A stretch of DNA of 37,205 bases from a virus (IMGVR_UViG_2711768063_000004:1-37205); one strand, 5' to 3'; counted from the stretch's first letter, positions 7,667 to 17,440 are shown. Notes: generated from the sequence alone by a model not told the origin. Translations and numbers: made by a program.

Positions 7667-10077
7667 GTCATGACGATATGAGCAACTCTAGCGGCTTTAA
7701 CGAGGCCGCTGCAGCATTTTCATGGAACGGCCCGAAAAAGGCCATTAACCCTTATCTGGACCCGGCGGAAGTTGCGCCGGAGTCTGCACTTTCAAACCTG
7801 ATCACTCTGTACGCTGCCGATAATGAGCAGGAACAGCTGCGCCGCGATGCACTGAGTGAGCAGGTCTGGGAGCGTTATTTCTTTAATGAATCTCGTGATC
7901 CTGTCCAGCGCGAAATGGAGCAGGATAAGCTCATTAGCCGGGCAAAGCTGGCGCATGAACAGCAGCGTTTTAACCCGGACATGGTCATTCTGGCGGACGT
8001 CAGCGCCCAGCCCACCCATATTAGCAAGCCGCTGATGCAACGTATCGAATACTTCAGCAGCCTGGGCAGGCCAAAGGCTTATTCCCGCTATTTGCGTGAG
8101 ACGATTAAGCCATGTCTGGAGCGACTGGATTGTGTACGTGACAGTCAGCTGTCTGCTTCTTTCCGTTTTATGGCAAGCCATCAAGGGCTGGAGGGCCTGC
8201 TGATCCTGCCTGAAATGAGTCAGGATCAGGTGAAACGCCTGTCCACCCTGGTAGCTGCGCATATGAGCATGTGCCTTGATGCAGCTTGTGGCGATTTGTA
8301 TGCCACTGATGACGTTAAGCCAGAAGAAATCCGCAAGACATGGGAAAAGGTGGCGGCGGAAACCCTGCGTCTGGATGTCATCCCACCTGCGTTTGAGCAA
8401 CTCCGTCGGAAAAGAAACCGCCGTAAACCCGTGCCCTATGAACTCATTCCGGGTTCGCTGGCGCGTATGTTGTGCGCCGACTGGTGGTATCGGAAATTAT
8501 GGAAAATGCGTTGCGAATGGCGGGAAGAGCAGTTGCGTGCTGTCTGCCTGGTCAGCAAAAAAGCATCTCCCTATGTCAGCTATGAAGCCGTGATGCATAA
8601 ACGTGAGCAGCGCCGTAAGTCGCTGGAGTTTTTCCGTTCTCATGAACTGGTGAACGAAGACGGCGAAACGCTGGACATGGAGGATGTGGTAAACGCCAGC
8701 AGCAGCAACCCTGCGCATCGCCGCAATGAGATGATGGCCTGTGTTAAAGGTCTGGAGCTTATCGCGGAAATGCGCGGTGACTGCGCCGTTTTCTACACTA
8801 TCACCTGTCCGTCACGTTTCCATTCCACGCTCAACAACGGCAGACCCAACCCGACCTGGACAAATGCGACGGTAAGACAAAGCAGCGATTATCTGGTCGG
8901 CATGTTTGCTGCATTTCGTAAGGCAATGCATAAAACCGGGTTGCGCTGGTATGGCGTGCGGGTGGCTGAGCCGCACCATGACGGTACTGTGCACTGGCAT
9001 CTCATGTGCTTCATGCGTAAAAAAGACCGCCGCGCCATCACTGCATTACTGCGTAAGTTTGCCATCCGTGTAGACCGCGAGGAGCTGGGCAACAACACGG
9101 GGCCACGCTTTAAGTCTGAGCTGATTAACCCGCGCAAAGGAACACCGACAAGCTACATCGCGAAATACATCAGTAAGAACATTGACGGGCGTGGTCTGGC
9201 TGGCGAGATCAGCAAGGAAACGGGTAAATCCCTGCGTGATAACGCCGAATACGTTAATGCCTGGGCGTCTCTGCATCGTGTTCAGCAGTTCCGCTTCTTT
9301 GGTATTCCGGGACGTCAGGCTTACCGTGAACTTCGCTTGCTGGCTGGTCAGGCGGCAAGGCAACAGGGTGACAAAAAAGCAGGTGCGCCAATACTGGATG
9401 ACCCGCGCCTTGACGCCATCCTGGCTGCTGCTGATGCTGGTTGTTTTGCCACCTACATCATGAAGCAGGGCGGCGTACTGGTTCCCCGTAAATATCACCT
9501 TATCAGAACCGCTTATGAAATCAACGAAGAGCCGACCGCCTATGGCGATCACGGCATTCGTATTTATGGCATCTGGTCACCCATTGCAGAGGGCAAGATC
9601 TGCACTCATGCAGTGAAGTGGAAAATGGTTCGTAAGGCCGTTGACGTTCAGGAGGCGGTAGCCGACCAGAGCGCTTGCGCCCCTTGGACTCGTGGCAATA
9701 ACTGTCCCCTTGCTGAAAATTTGAACCAACAAGGGAAAGACAAATCAGCTGATGGGGATACTAGGACGGACATTACCCGCATGGATGACAAGGAGTTGCA
9801 CGATTACCTGCACAGTATGAGCAAAAAAGAGCGCCGGGAACTGGCTGCAAGGTTACGCCTGGTGAAACCGAAACGGCGTAAAGACTACAAACAGCGAATT
9901 ACAGACCATCAGCGACAGCAGCTCGTCTATGAACTGAAGTCCAGAGGATTTAATGGCAGCGAGAAAGAGGTCGATTTACTCCTTCGCGGCGGCAGTATTC
10001 CGTCAGGAGCAGGCCTGCGTATCTTCTATCGGAACCAGCGTTTGCAGGAAGATGATAAGTGGCGAAACCTGTATTAA
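7663..10077 (+). CDS. A: Replication initiation endonuclease, P2 gpA family (rolling-circle HUH nickase)
   Basis: 804 aa; HUH-type motif [13 protein letters not shown] and a tyrosine pair in YIAKYISK; last large early gene as in P2/186. Confidence 0.8.
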   Translation: MSHDDMSNSSGFNEAAAAFSWNGPKKAINPYLDPAEVAPESALSNLITLYAADNEQEQLRRDALSEQVWERYFFNESRDPVQREMEQDKLISRAKLAHEQQRFNPDMVILADVSAQPTHISKPLMQRIEYFSSLGRPKAYSRYLRETIKPCLERLDCVRDSQLSASFRFMASHQGLEGLLILPEMSQDQVKRLSTLVAAHMSMCLDAACGDLYATDDVKPEEIRKTWEKVAAETLRLDVIPPAFEQLRRKRNRRKPVPYELIPGSLARMLCADWWYRKLWKMRCEWREEQLRAVCLVSKKASPYVSYEAVMHKREQRRKSLEFFRSHELVNEDGETLDMEDVVNASSSNPAHRRNEMMACVKGLELIAEMRGDCAVFYTITCPSRFHSTLNNGRPNPTWTNATVRQSSDYLVGMFAAFRKAMHKTGLRWYGVRVAEPHHDGTVHWHLMCFMRKKDRRAITALLRKFAIRVDREELGNNTGPRFKSELINPRKGTPTSYIAKYISKNIDGRGLAGEISKETGKSLRDNAEYVNAWASLHRVQQFRFFGIPGRQAYRELRLLAGQAARQQGDKKAGAPILDDPRLDAILAAADAGCFATYIMKQGGVLVPRKYHLIRTAYEINEEPTAYGDHGIRIYGIWSPIAEGKICTHAVKWKMVRKAVDVQEAVADQSACAPWTRGNNCPLAENLNQQGKDKSADGDTRTDITRMDDKELHDYLHSMSKKERRELAARLRLVKPKRRKDYKQRITDHQRQQLVYELKSRGFNGSEKEVDLLLRGGSIPSGAGLRIFYRNQRLQEDDKWRNLY

Positions 10078-10169
10078 TTACGCGGGTTAACAATTCGTGC
10101 TCTTAATAATACCAGGCATATCAGGCTAATGAACGTAAAAAAACGTTTTACATCAGTAAGATTATTATA

Positions 10170-10189
10170 TACTGTAAATATAAACAGTG
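10170..10189. promoter_or_regulatory. LexA (SOS) box
   Basis: TACTGTAAATATAAACAGTG matches CTGT-N8-ACAG, about 40 bp upstream of the 10231 start; overlaps a TATACT -10-like hexamer. Confidence 0.7.
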
Positions 10190-10230
10190 GTTATGTATAC
10201 AGTATTGCTTGTGGTGTCATAGGAGGAAAG

Positions 10231-10419
10231 ATGCAGGACTATTTTTTGGAGTCTTTGAAGCTCCAGCGCATTGATTTTTTTCTTAAGCTTGTAGCGGCTA
10301 GTGAGTGTAGTGATGAAGAGAAGGGGCTGGCTTTGCAGTGGGTTTCTGAACTGACAGATGAACTCATGGCAAAAATCAGAACCCACGAATACAACCGCTC
10401 AATGGATGTCATCAGCTGA
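10231..10419 (+). CDS. Small hypothetical protein, first gene of the SOS-controlled operon (possible Tum-like antirepressor part)
   Basis: 62 aa; AGGAGG ribosome-binding site at 10221..10226; immediately downstream of the LexA box. Confidence 0.5.
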   Translation: MQDYFLESLKLQRIDFFLKLVAASECSDEEKGLALQWVSELTDELMAKIRTHEYNRSMDVIS

Positions 10420-10429
10420 GGTGACCTTT

Positions 10430-10663
10430 ATGCGCATTGAAATAATGATCGATAAAGAGCAGAAGATTAGCCAGTCTACCCTGGACGCCCTTGAATCCGA
10501 GCTTTACCGCAATCTGCGCCCCCTGTATCCCAAAACGGTAATTCGCATCCGCAAAGGTAGCTCTAACGGTGTGGAACTGACCGGACTGCAACTGGACGAA
10601 GAAAGAAAACAAGTGATGAAGATTATGCAGAAGGTGTGGGAAGACGACAGCTGGCTGCATTAA
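10430..10663 (+). CDS. DinI-family protein (186 Tum C-domain-like)
   Basis: 77 aa; MRIEIMIDKEQKIS...LDALESEL...VRIRKGSSNGVEL...VMKIMQKVWEDDSWL follows the DinI pattern as I recall it (MRIE...AL..EL...V...WE..D.W). Confidence 0.7.
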   Translation: MRIEIMIDKEQKISQSTLDALESELYRNLRPLYPKTVIRIRKGSSNGVELTGLQLDEERKQVMKIMQKVWEDDSWLH

Positions 10664-10822
10664 GAAAAGTTGCTGGCGTCTGAACTTGGTTCTGGCGTCA
10701 GCAAGGTTGAACAACGAGTACAGTGAGGCGTTAGGTGTGGCGTTTATTTGATGAGTGAACGCCCGTTCTGCGACAGGTTCGGAGATTAAGGTTGAAACTA
10801 CGGGCAAAATACCATCTTTTTC

Positions 10823-11248
10823 CTACTTAATTGAGTCCAGTAACAAGTTACAGTTACTCTCATTGTAGAGAGAACGAGCAATTAGTGTTACCTGCTTTCC
10901 ATTCATTCCCGGCTTATCCCATAACACAGCTTCTTGCGACGCCACAAATTCAGCATAATCAATTATGCGTTGTTCGTGATCTGGTTCCTCATAGCCAAAG
11001 TATGAGAGCGCATCGTTGTAAGCGTGGTAAGCTGCTTTCTGTAATATCTTGATATCGGCTGTAGGTACTTGCTCCGTGTAGCTAGGATCTAATTGTGTGC
11101 TACTGCCATAGAATGCACATGAAAGGTAAGATATTGATTTCTGTTGAGCTTTAGTTCCTTTCTCATAGTTTTTAGCTGTTACCGCCTGAACTGGGACGCT
11201 AACAAAGCTTGCAACCAGAATTAAAATTAATACGTAAAAGCTTTTCAT
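10823..11248 (-). CDS. Secreted/periplasmic hypothetical protein (moron at the tin/old position)
   Basis: 141 aa with an N-terminal signal peptide (MKSFYVLILILVASFVSVPVQA then VTA); alone on the minus strand between the Tum/DinI module and the cos-like site; AT-rich. Confidence 0.55.
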   Translation of the reverse strand: MKSFYVLILILVASFVSVPVQAVTAKNYEKGTKAQQKSISYLSCAFYGSSTQLDPSYTEQVPTADIKILQKAAYHAYNDALSYFGYEEPDHEQRIIDYAEFVASQEAVLWDKPGMNGKQVTLIARSLYNESNCNLLLDSIK

Positions 11249-11522
11249 TTTGACCTCAGCCGAAACGTTAGAGAGACTATCGAAATTTGTAAAACCCGTG
11301 GCGATTCAGTTTGAGATCCTCCCCCTTACATGATTTTTAATCAAATATATGCTTTTGTAAGCATACCTGTTAACCGAATTATTCATTTTTAGAGATCTTC
11401 CTACATACTGATTATGCCCGCTGAGGAGTTCACCTTGCGTAAAGTCCGATTCGCTTTACTCGTCTGTGCATGTCTATGCTGCATGAGATTGCATGATCGT
11501 TTGAGGATCGTTTTTGCTAAGG

Positions 11523-11546
11523 CCCGCCAGAACTGGCGGGCTTTTG
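11523..11546 (+). terminator. Rho-independent terminator-like hairpin
   Basis: Perfect 9-bp stem gcccgccag / ctggcgggc with loop aa, followed by TTTT. Confidence 0.55.
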
Positions 11547-11589
11547 CGTTGATCATGCACCTGCATGAAAACCACTACATAAAGCGGGC

Positions 11590-11608
11590 AGGCGTGGCGG
11601 GGATACGA
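11590..11608. other. Candidate cos (cohesive end) site
   Basis: ggcgtggcggggatacgag: the first 13 nt match the GGCG(T/A)GGCGGGGA start of the 19-nt cohesive ends I recall for 186/P2. Position (after the early region, before Q) fits. Recalled from memory, not verified. Confidence 0.4.
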
Positions 11609-11723
11609 GCGCGCGTAAACCAAGTAGTATGTATCATCTAACTTTTACGAACAAGGTGTCCAAAATCTACGATAAATAGGTTAGACTTGTAGTACTTACA
11701 GTAATAATGCAAAAGGAAATAGC

Positions 11724-12419
11724 ATGAATCAGGTTCATGAGTCACATCAAATTAATCTTTTCACAACCAATGAAGAAATATCGCCTAGTCCTGCTATAAT
11801 TTTTCCAGTTCTACAGGAGTTAAGCGGATTTAGCCTCATCCCAACATTTGGACAGGAAGTAAATGCTTTATCTGGTGAGATGAAACAGATATTGATTATG
11901 ACAAATCCAGAGCAAACTTATCGTATTGAATTTGCAAGCCATGCAATCGTTATAAATGCTATGTCTACAAATCATGATGAATTTGTTGAGAAATCTGTAA
12001 ATGTTATCAGTGCAATGTTAAAGATATTTCCCAATAAGAAATTTAATAGAATTGCATTATTAAATGCACAGATTTTTACTGCTTCTTTGGATAAATATCA
12101 ACAGTTGTATGATAAATTATTCACATACAATGAAGTTTCTCCTTTTGAGTGGGATAACAGAATTGCGCTTCGTAAAAATATTGAATTTAATAATGAGGCA
12201 ATAAATAGCATCAATGCTATCAGTCGCAAAGAAGTTGCTGTTATGAATCATAATTCAGGCAAGCCATTTGATGCGATAATGTTTGAAATCGACTCTAATA
12301 CGTTGCCAACAAATACCGATTATAGATTTGATTTTAATCAGGCGATTCAAGTGTTGCGTAATTTGAATGATAATAACAGAAATTCACTGAGTGTACTGCG
12401 TCGTTATATTGAGTTATAG
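11724..12419 (+). CDS. Hypothetical protein, gene 1 of cos-proximal accessory cassette
   Basis: 231 aa, AT-rich, no recognisable motif or P-loop; AAGGAAA ribosome-binding site. Confidence 0.6.
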   Translation: MNQVHESHQINLFTTNEEISPSPAIIFPVLQELSGFSLIPTFGQEVNALSGEMKQILIMTNPEQTYRIEFASHAIVINAMSTNHDEFVEKSVNVISAMLKIFPNKKFNRIALLNAQIFTASLDKYQQLYDKLFTYNEVSPFEWDNRIALRKNIEFNNEAINSINAISRKEVAVMNHNSGKPFDAIMFEIDSNTLPTNTDYRFDFNQAIQVLRNLNDNNRNSLSVLRRYIEL

Positions 12420-12427
12420 GAACTATT

Positions 12428-13075
12428 ATGGCAGGTTATAGCGATTATATATTTAATATAGCGGCAAAGGTTATCAGCAATGCTGTGCCTATTAATGAGT
12501 TTAATGTAATAACTAATCGTTTTTTTAACAATCTCCATGATGAATTTAAAACGTCGCGTTTTCATGTGCATGATTCAGCCTCAAGTAATATGATTGCTGA
12601 GTCTGGTAACGTTGGAAGGATTAATTCACAAAGTAGTGAGATAGCCTTCGATATACAAGTGCAGCGTTGTTTAAAAAACGCGTTGCTATATCTTAAGTCT
12701 GAAAACTATATTGAAGGCGAGATAACTAAAACTCAAATTTATCTTGAATCTTTGTCTGAAAAAAACAAGTCATTATTTTTAGAAGTCTTTCAACGTGTCT
12801 GGGTTTCAATCTATTACTCACCAGAGTATCTTCGAAATTTTTTATACATAGCCGCATCTATGGACTATGAATTGATGAAGGATCGCGCAGATGTCCTTAT
12901 ATTAGGATGTTCTGCACATGAAGATGTTTTAGTTCAGGAGGCAGCTATTAGGGCTTTCGAATCTTGGGAAAATCCAGAGCATGCTTCACATTTGCGTGCA
13001 ATGAGAAAGTTTAATGAAAAATGGATTGAAGATTATAGACAAAGTACTATAAATTTTTTGGAGAGTCTAAAATGA
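12428..13075 (+). CDS. Hypothetical protein, gene 2 of cos-proximal accessory cassette
   Basis: 215 aa, starts 8 bp after gene 1; no recognisable motif. Confidence 0.6.
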   Translation: MAGYSDYIFNIAAKVISNAVPINEFNVITNRFFNNLHDEFKTSRFHVHDSASSNMIAESGNVGRINSQSSEIAFDIQVQRCLKNALLYLKSENYIEGEITKTQIYLESLSEKNKSLFLEVFQRVWVSIYYSPEYLRNFLYIAASMDYELMKDRADVLILGCSAHEDVLVQEAAIRAFESWENPEHASHLRAMRKFNEKWIEDYRQSTINFLESLK

Positions 13076-13587
13076 CATTCCTATTAAGGAAGTTTTCATA
13101 CCCAAAATGGGAGAAAAACAAAGGATTATCTCCAGATGAGTTTTCAGCTGATTCAATTACTGGCTGTACGCGCACAACTGCGAATAAGCTTTCAGTTTGG
13201 AGATCAGAAACCACTGATTTTAAATCTGATTATGTAGAAAAACTTATTGTTGCTTTAGCTACGACGATGCCGTCACCTGCTACTATAGACCTTGTTTGGT
13301 TGAAAGAAGAATGGTTTTTTGAACATGGAATTACATTGGAAGATAATCCAGGTGATACTAAATATGAAAGTGTGAATAATCTTCATAGCGACATTGCAAA
13401 TCTAAATCATAGGCGTCTAGCTATGGTAGGTTCACATATGCTTGAACAATTAGAGGGGGCAGGTAATTATCTCAGGGTTAGTAAAAGAGAACTGATTTCA
13501 CTTGTGGTTAAGTGGATGGAAAAAGAAGGTGAGTTTACTATAGAGGATTTGGAGGAAAAATGGCAGGAACAGTTGAATAAATTATAA
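13072..13587 (+). CDS. Hypothetical protein, gene 3 of cos-proximal accessory cassette
   Basis: 171 aa; ATGA start/stop overlap with gene 2 suggests translational coupling; no recognisable motif. Confidence 0.6.
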   Translation: MTFLLRKFSYPKWEKNKGLSPDEFSADSITGCTRTTANKLSVWRSETTDFKSDYVEKLIVALATTMPSPATIDLVWLKEEWFFEHGITLEDNPGDTKYESVNNLHSDIANLNHRRLAMVGSHMLEQLEGAGNYLRVSKRELISLVVKWMEKEGEFTIEDLEEKWQEQLNKL

Positions 13588-13617
13588 ATTATTCAACCTA
13601 TTGCGCTAGCCGATTAA

Positions 13618-13652
13618 CCCCATTTAAGTATATCAAATGGGGTATTATGTTT
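13618..13652 (+). terminator. Rho-independent terminator after the accessory cassette (possibly bidirectional with Q)
   Basis: 8-bp stem ccccattt / aaatgggg with a 9-nt loop, followed by T-rich tattatgttt; lies between the cassette stop and the Q stop. Confidence 0.5.
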
Positions 13653-13666
13653 CCTATATTTGTATT

Positions 13667-14701
13667 CTATGGTGTTAATTCATAGCTTCTAAAATTAATT
13701 ACTTCTTTAGCACACCATTTGTTTAGCTCTTTCATTTGTTCTTGTAAAGGAAGTAGTTCGTTTCTAACAAAAACCTTACTCGCCTTCTCCACATCCCCAA
13801 ACCCCCCAACATTATTCGGCATGATCCCCATCATCTGCGGCGGCACGCGGTGTGCCGCCATCATGTCATCGCGACTAACATTTTTGATATTCAAAAACTC
13901 ATCCTTCGCCGCGACTTCTGACAGAGGAATAATCTGAAGGCCGTCTTTTTTGCCGTTAGGCGAGTACATAAACAGGTTGCGGAAGTTGCCAGGGCCTTTG
14001 GCGCTTTTCATCGCATTGCGGAGGTTGTTCACATCCTCCTGGTTCTGCGCGGCATCGGTCATGTACATGATGAAGCCTGCATGGCTGCCGTTAATGTAAT
14101 ACTTCCGGCGGAACAGCGTGGCGGACTCGTTGAGCAGGGCTGACGGAATGGCAGAAAGATAACCTGGTAGGCCGTAGATCTCCTGGTTGATGTCAGGTTC
14201 CATCAGATGAAAAATGCTGCCTTTCGTGAACTGATACGGCTGGGTTGTCATACCGTATTGCACAAACCAGTAGGTATCCAGGTCTAACCCGCGTCGGGTG
14301 TATTTTGCCAGAGCAGGCTCAAGGGCGATAACTTCACCGAAGCGGTTCGTGCGTTTCTCCAGGTAGGCGTTACCAAATACCAGATAGTCCTGCACAAAAC
14401 GTGAAAAAGCCTGCTGGCTGAGCAGCGGGTGAGGGATGTAGGTACTGGTCAGAATGTTGCATTTCACCGCAATTGGTGAGCTGTGATGCACGGCGGCGCG
14501 GAAGGTTCGTGCCAGTCCGTCAAAGCTGACGGGCGGCTCATACCAGCGATCCATCTGTACGCATTCCACATAGTCCAGCAGTTCACGGCGGTCCAGAACA
14601 GGAACGGGATCGCCAAAGCTGAATGCTTCGGCTGAAGTTTGGCTTTTATGCTTGAGCTGATTCGTCGCCGCAGCGCGGTTTTTCTTACTCTTTCCCATCA
14701 A
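13667..14701 (-). CDS. Q: Portal protein (P2 gpQ family)
   Basis: 344 aa, the P2 gpQ length as I recall it; precedes the large terminase on the same strand. Confidence 0.8.
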   Translation of the reverse strand: MMGKSKKNRAAATNQLKHKSQTSAEAFSFGDPVPVLDRRELLDYVECVQMDRWYEPPVSFDGLARTFRAAVHHSSPIAVKCNILTSTYIPHPLLSQQAFSRFVQDYLVFGNAYLEKRTNRFGEVIALEPALAKYTRRGLDLDTYWFVQYGMTTQPYQFTKGSIFHLMEPDINQEIYGLPGYLSAIPSALLNESATLFRRKYYINGSHAGFIMYMTDAAQNQEDVNNLRNAMKSAKGPGNFRNLFMYSPNGKKDGLQIIPLSEVAAKDEFLNIKNVSRDDMMAAHRVPPQMMGIMPNNVGGFGDVEKASKVFVRNELLPLQEQMKELNKWCAKEVINFRSYELTP

Positions 14702-16464
14702 AAAATCTCCACAATATTGCTGGTATTGGCGGACTCGCCCTGCAGCGGTTCATTAAACAGTGCGTGCATTGTTGCCCAGGCCAGATCGGCGTGGCTGGCT
14801 TCTTCGCTGCGGCTGGCTTCATAGGTCGGGCGGTTGCCGCTGGCAGTGGTGGCGCGACGGATTGCCATAAAGGACTGCGCTATGTCGGTGTGCCCTGCGT
14901 CAAACTCCAGGCGGCGGTGGCTAATAATGTCGTAGGCCTTGAGTACCAGGGCGTTTTTAACGTTGGGGTTGTAGACAAACTCCCGGACGGCAGGAAAAAA
15001 CGCTTTCACGTTCTCGTAAACCCCGTGACCGACGCCGGTTGAGTCGATACCGATGTATGTCACGTTGTACTGTTCGGTCAGTTTTTTGATGGCGTCAGCC
15101 TGGGCGCGGAAGTCCATCCCGCGCCACTGGTGACGTTCAAGAATGCGAAACTTACCGCCTGGCACGGCTGGCGGTGCCACCACCACGCATCCGGCGCTGT
15201 CGCCGTTCTGCGTACCTTTTGCCGGGTCATAACCGATCCACACTTCGCGCCAGCCAAACGGGCGCAGGGCCAGTGCATGAAAGTCGCTCCAGACTTCCCA
15301 ACTGTCCACCATGCACGCCTGCAGCTCGCTGAGCGGGAACACGGACGCGAGATCGTCCACAAACTCGCACATCAGCAGGTTCTGGTATTCGTCCGGGCTG
15401 TACTCCATGCGCAACTGATCGAGGTCGAAAAGGTTACATCCGCCGCGCACTGCATCTTCCACGGTGACTATCTGGCGGTATTGCCCGTCTGCGCACAGCA
15501 GGCCGGGGGCCAGATTGCTGTGGGACAGGTCGATGTCCACCTTATCGGCTTTGTTGCGCCCACGGTTGAACAGCGCACCAGACCAGAACGGATAAGCACT
15601 GTGTGTCAGGCTGGATGGCGTGGAAAAATAGGTTTGTCGCCATTTTTTGTGAATAGCCATACCGGAAGCCACTTTGCGCAGCTCCTGGAATTTCGGTATC
15701 CAGAAATATTCATCCAGATACAGGTTGCCGTGATAACTCTGGGCAGTGCGGGCATTGGTGCCGAGGAAGTAAAGCGTGGCCCCGTTAGGAAGCACCATCG
15801 GATCGCCTTTCAGCTCCACCTCGACTTCTTTGGCGAAGTCGATGATGTATTGCTTAAAGACGTGAGCCTGTGCCTTACTGGCAGAAAGGAAAATCTGGTT
15901 ACGTCCGGTAAGCAGGGCGTCAATCAGGGCTTCACGGGCAAAGTAAAAGGTCGCGCCGATCTGGCGTGACTTCAGCAGATTACGGATGCGGTTGGTTTTT
16001 CCAGCTTCCCACCAGTGGCGCTGGTAGTTGAACATGGAGGAATGGAAGATTTCTTCCAGCTTCTCAATCTGTTCATCGGTGAAAACATTCTTTTCCGGCT
16101 GACGGCGCGGCCCTTTGTTGCGGTTGGCGACGTTAGGGTTTAAGTCGGCTTCGTTGCCGCCATTGTTAAACTTGCCGATCCGCGCGTGGCGCTCCGACTG
16201 GCGTGCCAGCAGGTCAATTTCTTTGAAATCTTTCCCTTCTTTGTGCTCCTTCATAATGAGCTGGCAATAGCGTGCGGCGGTGGTGAGCTGCATCTGATCC
16301 AGCGGCCCATAGTCACCCCACTTGTCGCGTTTTTTCCAGCTGTGAACGGTTGCAACTTTCTCGCCCAGCATTTCAGCAATGCGGGCTACGCGGTATCCCT
16401 GAAAGTACAGCAGCATGGCCTGCCGACGGGGATCGAGATCTGCGGGTGTCAGTGTGGTGTTCAT
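14698..16464 (-). CDS. P: Terminase large (ATPase) subunit (P2 gpP family)
   Basis: 588 aa; overlaps the Q start; divergent from O as in P2. Confidence 0.8.
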   Translation of the reverse strand: MNTTLTPADLDPRRQAMLLYFQGYRVARIAEMLGEKVATVHSWKKRDKWGDYGPLDQMQLTTAARYCQLIMKEHKEGKDFKEIDLLARQSERHARIGKFNNGGNEADLNPNVANRNKGPRRQPEKNVFTDEQIEKLEEIFHSSMFNYQRHWWEAGKTNRIRNLLKSRQIGATFYFAREALIDALLTGRNQIFLSASKAQAHVFKQYIIDFAKEVEVELKGDPMVLPNGATLYFLGTNARTAQSYHGNLYLDEYFWIPKFQELRKVASGMAIHKKWRQTYFSTPSSLTHSAYPFWSGALFNRGRNKADKVDIDLSHSNLAPGLLCADGQYRQIVTVEDAVRGGCNLFDLDQLRMEYSPDEYQNLLMCEFVDDLASVFPLSELQACMVDSWEVWSDFHALALRPFGWREVWIGYDPAKGTQNGDSAGCVVVAPPAVPGGKFRILERHQWRGMDFRAQADAIKKLTEQYNVTYIGIDSTGVGHGVYENVKAFFPAVREFVYNPNVKNALVLKAYDIISHRRLEFDAGHTDIAQSFMAIRRATTASGNRPTYEASRSEEASHADLAWATMHALFNEPLQGESANTSNIVEIF

Positions 16465-16510
16465 GGCACAAACCTACAGCCTTGAATGAAGGCTTTCCCC
16501 GCCTGCGGTT

Positions 16511-16528
16511 TGTGTGGTTGTCGGTACA
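16511..16528. promoter_or_regulatory. Ogr/Delta-type late promoter activator site (TGT-N12-ACA) in the P/O divergent region
   Basis: TGTGTGGTTGTCGGTACA, centred about 88 bp upstream of the O start. Confidence 0.5.
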
Positions 16529-16606
16529 AATACCGCGCATTGTTTCACTGCCCCCATCACCGCAACCATAAGGCTCCAGTAAGTTTTTTCTAACGGAGCA
16601 CAGCTC

Positions 16607-17440
16607 ATGACAGTGAAAGCAAAGCGTTTTCGCATCGGGGTGGAAGGTGCCACCACCGACGGACGCGAAATCCAGCGTGAATGGCTGGAACAGATGGCAG
16701 CCAGCTACAACCCGACGATGTACACCGCGCTGATTAACCTTGAGCACATCAAGTCTTATCTGCCGGACAGCACCTTTAACCGCTACGGCAAGGTGACGGC
16801 GCTGTTTGCTGAAGAAATCACGGAAGGTCCGCTGGCAGGCAAGATGGCGCTGTATGCCGACGTTGAGCCAACGGAATCACTGGTGGAACTGGTGAAAAAA
16901 GGCCAGAAATTATTCACCTCTATGGAAGTCAGCCCGAAGTTTGCTGATACGGGCAAAGCCTACCTGGTCGGCCTGGCTGCCACTGATGACCCTGCCAGTC
17001 TGGGCACTGAAATGCTGACATTCAGCGCCAGTGCAGCCCATAACCCGCTGGCAAACCGCAAGCAGAATCCCGCCAATCTCTTTACCGCCGCAGAGGAAAC
17101 GGTGATCGAACTGGAAGAAGTCCAGGACGACAAACCGTCCCTGTTTGCCCGCGTCACGGCGCTGTTTACCAAAAAAGAGCAGTCCGATGACGCCCGGTTC
17201 TCTGATGTGCATAAGGCCGTGGAGCTGGTCGCCACTGAGCAGCAGAACCTGAGCGCACGCACCGAAAAATCCCTGTCTGAGCAGGAAGAACGTCTGTCTG
17301 AGCTGGAGACTGCCCTGCAGGCACAGCAGACCGCCTTTAACGAACTGGTGAATAAGCTGAGTCATGAAGACAGCCGCCAGGACTACCGCCAGCGTGCAAC
17401 AGGCGGTAACGCCCCCGCTGACACTCTGACCAATTGCTGA
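16607..17440 (+). CDS. O: Capsid scaffolding protein (P2 gpO family)
   Basis: 277 aa; synteny P-O-N. Confidence 0.75.
   Translation: MTVKAKRFRIGVEGATTDGREIQREWLEQMAASYNPTMYTALINLEHIKSYLPDSTFNRYGKVTALFAEEITEGPLAGKMALYADVEPTESLVELVKKGQKLFTSMEVSPKFADTGKAYLVGLAATDDPASLGTEMLTFSASAAHNPLANRKQNPANLFTAAEETVIELEEVQDDKPSLFARVTALFTKKEQSDDARFSDVHKAVELVATEQQNLSARTEKSLSEQEERLSELETALQAQQTAFNELVNKLSHEDSRQDYRQRATGGNAPADTLTNC

Noticed and set aside
10664-10822. Direct repeat ctggcgtc x2 after the DinI-like gene, considered as a terminator
   Set aside because: The two copies are direct, not inverted, so no hairpin forms; no T-run follows.
11414-11641. 75-aa ORF on the plus strand in the GC-rich stretch between the secreted-protein gene and the accessory cassette
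   Set aside because: It spans the terminator hairpin and the cos-like motif, has no convincing ribosome-binding site, and has a Cys/Arg-rich composition typical of a chance frame; more likely non-coding cos/terminator DNA.
15130-15969. 279-aa ORF antisense to the large terminase gene, and similar long antisense ORFs inside T, D, I and S (30893..31681, 32755..33566, 24329..24916, 21890..22447)
   Set aside because: These lie entirely within well-supported late genes on the opposite strand and have Arg/Ala/Gly-rich low-complexity translations expected from GC-rich antisense frames; no independent support.
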